Virus record (IMG/VR): IMGVR_UViG_2724679134_000002
Direction: 5' to 3' (one strand)
From: an uncultured virus (IMG/VR IMGVR_UViG_2724679134_000002)
Lineage: Duplodnaviria > Heunggongvirae > Uroviricota > Caudoviricetes
DNA: 64,000 nucleotides
Program-made: the position numbers and the translations under genes
The notes under the pieces: model-generated
Databases searched by the model: none
What the model was told of the DNA's origin: nothing
Seen by the model: only the letters and a program-made list of their open reading frames with translations
Shown here: piece by piece, positions 58,519 to 64,000 of the stretch
Layout: the number at the start of each line of letters is the position of its first letter
Position numbering within the stretch: position 1 is the first letter of the stretch

Positions 58519-59784
58519 ATGTTTGAAACACTAACGCACGGCGAATTATTAAAAAAGACCGCTAAAGAAGTAGAAGCAGAAATTTCTGACGTTCATAAAA
58601 GAATTGAGGAGATCAGTGAGCGCAATGAATGGAGAGTGCTTCAAAGCTACAGAAAACATAAAGTGAGCGATACCCACTTTACGCCGTCTACCGGATACGG
58701 CTACGATGACATTGGAAGAGACACGCTGGAAAACATATACGCAGATGTTTTTGGCGGAGAAGCGGGGTTGGTAAGACCGCAGATCATCTCAGGCACCCAT
58801 GCCATTTCCATTGCGTTATTTGGAGTGCTAAGACCCGGAGATGAATTGCTTTATATCACAGGAAAGCCTTATGACACGCTTGAAGAAATCGTCGGAGTCA
58901 GAGGGGGAGAAAATTCCGGCTCACTGAAGGATTTTCATATAGGATACAATGCAGTTGATCTGACCCAGGAGGGAAAAGTCGACTACGAAGGGGTAGCCGC
59001 AGCAATTAATGAAAATACGAAGGTGATAGGCATTCAGCGTTCTAAAGGCTATGCGAACCGGCCGTCTTTCCTCATTAAAGAGATTCAGGAAATGATCCGC
59101 TTTGTCAAAGAGATAAACGAAAATCTCATTGTGTTTGTGGACAACTGCTACGGTGAATTTGCAGAGGAGCTTGAGCCTTGCCATGTGGGAGCCGATCTCA
59201 TGGCGGGCTCGCTTATCAAAAATCCAGGCGGCGGACTTGCCAAGACCGGAGGATACCTTGTCGGTAAAGCCAAATGGATAGAAGCCTGTTCGTACCGGAT
59301 GACATCTCCAGGCATCGGCAGGGAAGCGGGCGCATCACTTTATTCACTGCAGGAAATGTATCAGGGCTTTTTTCTTGCTCCGCATGTTGTCTCTCAAAGC
59401 TTAAAAGGCGCCGTATTTACCGCACGTTTTCTTGAAAAGCTCGGTTTTACATCTAATCCGCGCTGGGATGCGGGAAGAACGGACTTAATTCAAACCGTTG
59501 AGTTTTCGGATCGGGATAAAATGATTGCTTTTTGTCAGGCGATCCAATACGCGTCACCTATCAATGCCCACGTCACCCCGTATCCGAGCTATATGCCGGG
59601 GTACGAAGATGATGTCATCATGGCTGCCGGCACTTTTGTGCAAGGAGCGAGTATTGAATTATCAGCGGATGGACCCATCAGGCCGCCATATGTCGCATAC
59701 GTTCAGGGAGGATTAACTTACTCCCACGTGAAAAACGCCATTTGCAGTGCGGTGAATGCATTGATGGAAAAGCAATTAATTTAA
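58519..59784 (+). CDS. ynbB: Methionine gamma-lyase-like PLP enzyme YnbB
   Basis: GYGYDDIGRD, DNCYGEF, GSLIKNPGGG. Confidence 0.93.
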   Translation: MFETLTHGELLKKTAKEVEAEISDVHKRIEEISERNEWRVLQSYRKHKVSDTHFTPSTGYGYDDIGRDTLENIYADVFGGEAGLVRPQIISGTHAISIALFGVLRPGDELLYITGKPYDTLEEIVGVRGGENSGSLKDFHIGYNAVDLTQEGKVDYEGVAAAINENTKVIGIQRSKGYANRPSFLIKEIQEMIRFVKEINENLIVFVDNCYGEFAEELEPCHVGADLMAGSLIKNPGGGLAKTGGYLVGKAKWIEACSYRMTSPGIGREAGASLYSLQEMYQGFFLAPHVVSQSLKGAVFTARFLEKLGFTSNPRWDAGRTDLIQTVEFSDRDKMIAFCQAIQYASPINAHVTPYPSYMPGYEDDVIMAAGTFVQGASIELSADGPIRPPYVAYVQGGLTYSHVKNAICSAVNALMEKQLI

Positions 59785-59811
59785 ATAGTTTAAAATTTTC
59801 AATGAATTCGA

Positions 59812-59862
59812 TGTTAAGAATCCTTACATCGTGTTGACACATTATATTACATGACCTATAAT
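59812..59862 (+). promoter_or_regulatory. glnRA promoter with GlnR/TnrA operators
   Basis: TGTTA-N7-TTACA at 59812-28; TTGACA(59834)-17-TATAAT(59857); second site 59835-51. Confidence 0.9.
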
Positions 59863-59893
59863 AAAACTAAGTTAAGAAGAGGAGGAAATTGAG

Positions 59894-60301
59894 ATGAGTG
59901 ATAACATTCGCCGCTCAATGCCTTTATTTCCAATAGGAATTGTCATGCAGTTAACAGAGTTATCTGCACGCCAAATTCGATATTATGAGGAAAATGGACT
60001 GATATTTCCGGCACGAAGCGAAGGGAATAGACGATTATTTTCTTTCCATGATGTAGATAAACTGTTAGAGATTAAGCACCTGATTGAACAAGGTGTGAAT
60101 ATGGCAGGGATCAAACAAATTCTGGCAAAGGCATCGGCTGAAGCAGAAGAGAAGCAAGATGAGAAAACGAAAAAACCGATGAAGCACGATCTGTCTGACG
60201 ACGAGTTGAGAAAGCTTCTGAAAAATGAGCTCTTACAGGCAGGGCGTTTCCAGCGGGGGAATACATTCCGTCAGGGTGATATGTCCCGATTCTTTCATTA
60301 A
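59894..60301 (+). CDS. glnR: MerR-family repressor GlnR
   Basis: [32 protein letters not shown]. Confidence 0.97.
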   Translation: MSDNIRRSMPLFPIGIVMQLTELSARQIRYYEENGLIFPARSEGNRRLFSFHDVDKLLEIKHLIEQGVNMAGIKQILAKASAEAEEKQDEKTKKPMKHDLSDDELRKLLKNELLQAGRFQRGNTFRQGDMSRFFH

Positions 60302-60358
60302 TCCGTTAGCAACTGTTTTGCTATATACATTTACCTTTTAGAGGAGGAGTTTTACGAA

Positions 60359-61693
60359 ATGGCAAAGTACACAAGAGAAGATATCGTAAAATTAGTAAAT
60401 GAGGAAAACGTTAAGTATATCCGTCTTCAATTTACAGACATTCTTGGAACAATCAAAAACGTTGAAATTCCTGTGAGCCAGCTTGAAAAAGCACTGGATA
60501 ATAAATGCATGTTTGACGGTTCTTCAATTGAAGGTTTTGTTCGTATCGAAGAATCTGACATGTATTTGTATCCTGATCTAAATACATTTGTTATCTTCCC
60601 ATGGACAGCTGAAAAAGGTAAAGTAGCACGTTTCATCTGTGACATTTACAATCCGGATGGAACGCCATTCGATGGTGATCCTCGAAACAATTTAAAACGG
60701 ATTTTGAAAGAAATGAAAGATCTTGGATTTAGTGATTTCAATCTCGGACCAGAGCCTGAATTTTTCTTATTTAAATTAGATGAAAAAGGCGAACCTACTT
60801 TAGAATTAAACGACAAAGGCGGATACTTCGACTTGGCGCCGACAGACCTTGGCGAAAACTGCCGCCGCGATATCGTTCTTGAACTTGAAGAAATGGGCTT
60901 TGAAATCGAAGCATCCCACCACGAAGTTGCCCCGGGGCAGCACGAAATTGATTTCAAATACGCTGGAGCGATCCGTTCTTGCGACGACATTCAGACTTTT
61001 AAACTAGTTGTAAAAACAATCGCCCGTAAGCACGGTCTGCATGCGACATTCATGCCGAAACCATTGTTCGGCGTAAACGGTTCTGGTATGCACTGCAATC
61101 TATCACTCTTCAAAGATGGCGTTAACTCATTCTATGACAAAAATGCTGACCTTGAATTGAGCGAAACAGCGAAACACTTTATTGCAGGAATTGTGAAGCA
61201 CGCAACAAGTTTCACTGCGGTCACAAACCCGACAGTAAACTCTTACAAACGTCTTGTGCCTGGTTATGAAGCCCCTTGCTACGTTGCATGGAGCGCACAA
61301 AACAGAAGCCCGTTAATCCGCATCCCGGCTTCCCGCGGTATCAGCACACGAGTTGAAGTGCGAAGCGTTGATCCGGCTGCGAACCCATACCTTGCACTAA
61401 GCGTATTGCTTGCTGCTGGTCTTGACGGAATCAAAAACAAACTTGAAGCACCGGCGCCGATTGACCGCAACATTTATGTCATGAGTAAAGAAGAACGCCT
61501 GGAAAACGGAATCGTAGACCTTCCGGCAACTCTTGCAGAAGCTCTAGACGAATTCAAATCAAACGAAGTCATGGTAAAAGCTCTCGGAGAGCATTTATTC
61601 GAGCACTTCATCGAAGCAAAAGAAATCGAGTGGGATATGTTCAGAACGCAAGTCCATCCTTGGGAGCGCGAACAGTATATGTCTCAGTATTAA
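60359..61693 (+). CDS. glnA: Glutamine synthetase type I
   Basis: [26 protein letters not shown]; 444 aa. Confidence 0.98.
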   Translation: MAKYTREDIVKLVNEENVKYIRLQFTDILGTIKNVEIPVSQLEKALDNKCMFDGSSIEGFVRIEESDMYLYPDLNTFVIFPWTAEKGKVARFICDIYNPDGTPFDGDPRNNLKRILKEMKDLGFSDFNLGPEPEFFLFKLDEKGEPTLELNDKGGYFDLAPTDLGENCRRDIVLELEEMGFEIEASHHEVAPGQHEIDFKYAGAIRSCDDIQTFKLVVKTIARKHGLHATFMPKPLFGVNGSGMHCNLSLFKDGVNSFYDKNADLELSETAKHFIAGIVKHATSFTAVTNPTVNSYKRLVPGYEAPCYVAWSAQNRSPLIRIPASRGISTRVEVRSVDPAANPYLALSVLLAAGLDGIKNKLEAPAPIDRNIYVMSKEERLENGIVDLPATLAEALDEFKSNEVMVKALGEHLFEHFIEAKEIEWDMFRTQVHPWEREQYMSQY

Positions 61694-61699
61694 TCTCTC

Positions 61700-61734
61700 A
61701 ATCCCTTGGCACTATTGGTGTCAGGGGATTTTTT
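61700..61734 (+). terminator. glnA terminator
   Basis: AATCCCTTGGCAC...GTGTCAGGGGATT plus T-run. Confidence 0.8.
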
Positions 61735-61849
61735 GATTATTTAACAATTTTAATAACTTAATATAAATCATACACCACCCACAAAACACCCACAAAAAAA
61801 CAATAAAAAATTACTCCATAATTGTGGAGATATAATCTTCGTACTTATT

Positions 61850-62340
61850 CATTGAATCCCTATCAATCTTTTTGCTGATGTGTGAGTAAATATCTGACGT
61901 AACTTGAATACTTTTATGACCCAGTCGTTCTTGTATCATATTTCATTGAAGCACCTGACCCAAGCAGCAAAACGGCATGTGTGTCACGAAGGGCATGAAT
62001 AGGGAGTTTCTCTAGACCAACTTTATTTAGTATCTCGGACAAAAGCATTAAACAAGGACGATTTAGGTAAATGTGAACCATCTTTGCGAGTGAAGACTAA
62101 GTTAAGGTCATGGTGATAGATCTCATTAAGCTGAATTTTATCTTCGTTTTGTCGTTTTCTTAGTTCGTGAAGTTCATTAACCAACCTTTGATCAATAGTA
62201 ATAATACACCTGGATGTATAAGTCTTAGGGTCACCAAATAATTCATCTTTTGAAGCTGCTTTAAAATCTAGAGTTTTAGAAATTGAGATGGTTTTATTTT
62301 TTAAATCAATATCTGACCACTGTAAAGCAGCAGCCTCGCC
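61850..62340 (-). pseudogene. Degenerate tyrosine integrase fragment
   Basis: GEAAALQWSDIDL, PKT, then after a stop IHALRDTHA and frameshifted ERLGHKSIQVTSDIYSH. Confidence 0.8.
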
Positions 62341-62841
62341 TTTTATTAATAAGCACAATCAAAGAAACGAATTTCTAAAAGCCAAAAAGAGAATGTTAAG
62401 GTTATTAAAATATACGCAGAATATGTTTACAGAGGAATTGATAGGAGAGTATAGAAAACCTTATGTTTTATCTAATAATTTTTCTCTTGCTAAACTGATC
62501 GCTACTAATACAAATTTAATTTATGATGACCGATGGCCGGACTATATTCCCTCACTAGATAAATTTTTAGACGATAAAAAAGTTAATGATATCATAAAAT
62601 GGCTAAGGAGCATTGATGCGTTCTTAATAAGGGTTGAACAGGAGTTTGCCATGATAGTGCCTTCAAATAGAAAGATTATATATGATGAAATTTTGCATGA
62701 ACTCAGCAAGTTATCACCTGAAATAGAAACTACAATTAAGTCTCTTGAAACTTAGGATAGTTGTAAATCGTTTGTTAAATTTTGTGATATATTACATTTT
62801 TGTGCTCCTTTACCGATACTAAAGGTAAGGGGGTGATATGT

Positions 62842-63066
62842 GTGAATCTTACTCAAGTTAACAATTCAGAATATGAGCATCAAGGGTATGGAGCCGGAAG
62901 TGGCGACGTGATAAGAGAAGAATATAAATGCCCTTGTGGAAGTGGACGAGTAGTTTACGAAAAAGAAAACATTCCCGGTTTCAGAAGTACCGAGATAGAT
63001 TGTTATTGCAAGCAATGTAATGAGAAATACGATTTCGGTAGAGGAACGGCAACATTAAAAAAATAA
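62842..63066 (+). CDS. Small Zn-finger-like protein
   Basis: AAGGGGGTG RBS; CPCG...CKQC; hairpin downstream. Confidence 0.6.
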   Translation: MNLTQVNNSEYEHQGYGAGSGDVIREEYKCPCGSGRVVYEKENIPGFRSTEIDCYCKQCNEKYDFGRGTATLKK

Positions 63067-63222
63067 TTATTAGTTTGAATTGCGCTCCTTCTGGGGTGCT
63101 TTTTTATATTCTCTGTAAACTGTTTACGGTAAATCGTTCGACAAATTTTGCAAAATGTTTTGTTATTCTTTAATTTCATAGATAATAAGAAAAGATGTTT
63201 TTGTGGAACGAAAGGAGATAGT

Positions 63223-63870
63223 ATGTTGTTAGTATCTTTTCTAGATGGAATAAAAAACTTTGGCTTGGTTATACTCTCACTTTGTACGGTGTTATATGCA
63301 AGAAAAACGTATCTAGCTACTAATACACCCAGAATTATAGTAAAAAGCACAAAATATTCTTCGACAAGAGATAAAGGTGATACCTTAGTTTTTCACATGA
63401 ATAATTTTGGAAAAGGTATAGCTGTAAAGACTTATCTGATTCTAGAATCTAAGGATGGTTCTGAAGTAACTAATTATTTATCGAAGCCTGAAGTAACAAT
63501 TGAAACTGATGAAGAAAGAGAAATTCGATTTAATTTTTCTGAAAATTGAATTTTATATTTTAAGAACTTAACAGGTTTTATTTTCTCACAGGATTTTTCT
63601 GGTAGATTTTATTATGTTAAATTAGATTTAAGCCAAAGTTTTAGTAATCAACACCTTAAAGAATTCGATAAATCTGTGCGTCCTATAAATCGTTTTGCTA
63701 ATCCTTTGAAATTTAGAAAAATGAAAACTTCAATGAAACGAGCAATAGAACAAAGAAATACCTATGTAGATGAGGTGGAAAGAGCACATGAGAAATTACA
63801 TTCAGCTGTAAATGATGAACAATTCTTAAAACAATTAGAACAGCTCGAAAAGGATAGCAAGACTATTTAA
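63223..63870 (+). pseudogene. Membrane-anchored protein interrupted by one in-frame TGA (63547-49)
   Basis: AAGGAG RBS; frame stays open after the TGA into ORF 63676-63870. Confidence 0.6.
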
Positions 63871-64000
63871 ATAATTTAGTAGTTAAAAGCACCTACAGGT
63901 GCTTTTTTATATTGTTGAAGGTTTATTTGCCTTAAAACACGTGTCATATTGTGACACAAATATTTTGCACGATATGAATTTAATTTAAATCTTGGGGCTC

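Noticed and set aside
99..63350. Many short opposite-strand or shifted ORFs in the track (e.g. 99-410, 6292-6660, 29525-29968, 57624-58019, 60646-60990)
   Set aside because: They overlap well-supported genes and lack RBSs or recognisable motifs
1..64000. tRNA or rRNA genes
   Set aside because: None recognised by eye; a tRNAscan/Infernal run would be needed to exclude them

Overview
Bases 1 to ~56674 are the early/right arm of an SPbeta-like prophage in a Bacillus subtilis-group genome. The arm carries the yopM-yopS repressor region, small early and accessory genes, a replication module with a family A DNA polymerase, nucleotide-metabolism genes (nrdIEF, thioredoxin, three dUTPases, thyA), sporulation-type cargo, a YotM/RecU-like resolvase, an HNH gene and a large serine recombinase. 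The prophage interrupts spoVK; the att junction is at about 56665-56682 and the recombinase ORF runs across it. Host genes follow (3' spoVK, hflX, ynbB, glnR, glnA), then a decayed integrase-bearing element. The strongest unexplained signal is a dispersed palindrome, TAAAA-N6-TTTTA. I found 24 perfect and about 7 near-perfect copies by eye, all at gene junctions of the accessory regions. Copies often begin on the upstream stop codon, are followed by an RBS-like sequence, and bracket inverted cargo genes. This suggests a gene-cassette (recombination-site) architecture, with the tyrosine-recombinase-like YopP as candidate catalyst; that model is a hypothesis. All assignments come from reading the sequence and recalled homologues; no searches were run. 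There are two N-gaps (31816-31949, 43435-43444).
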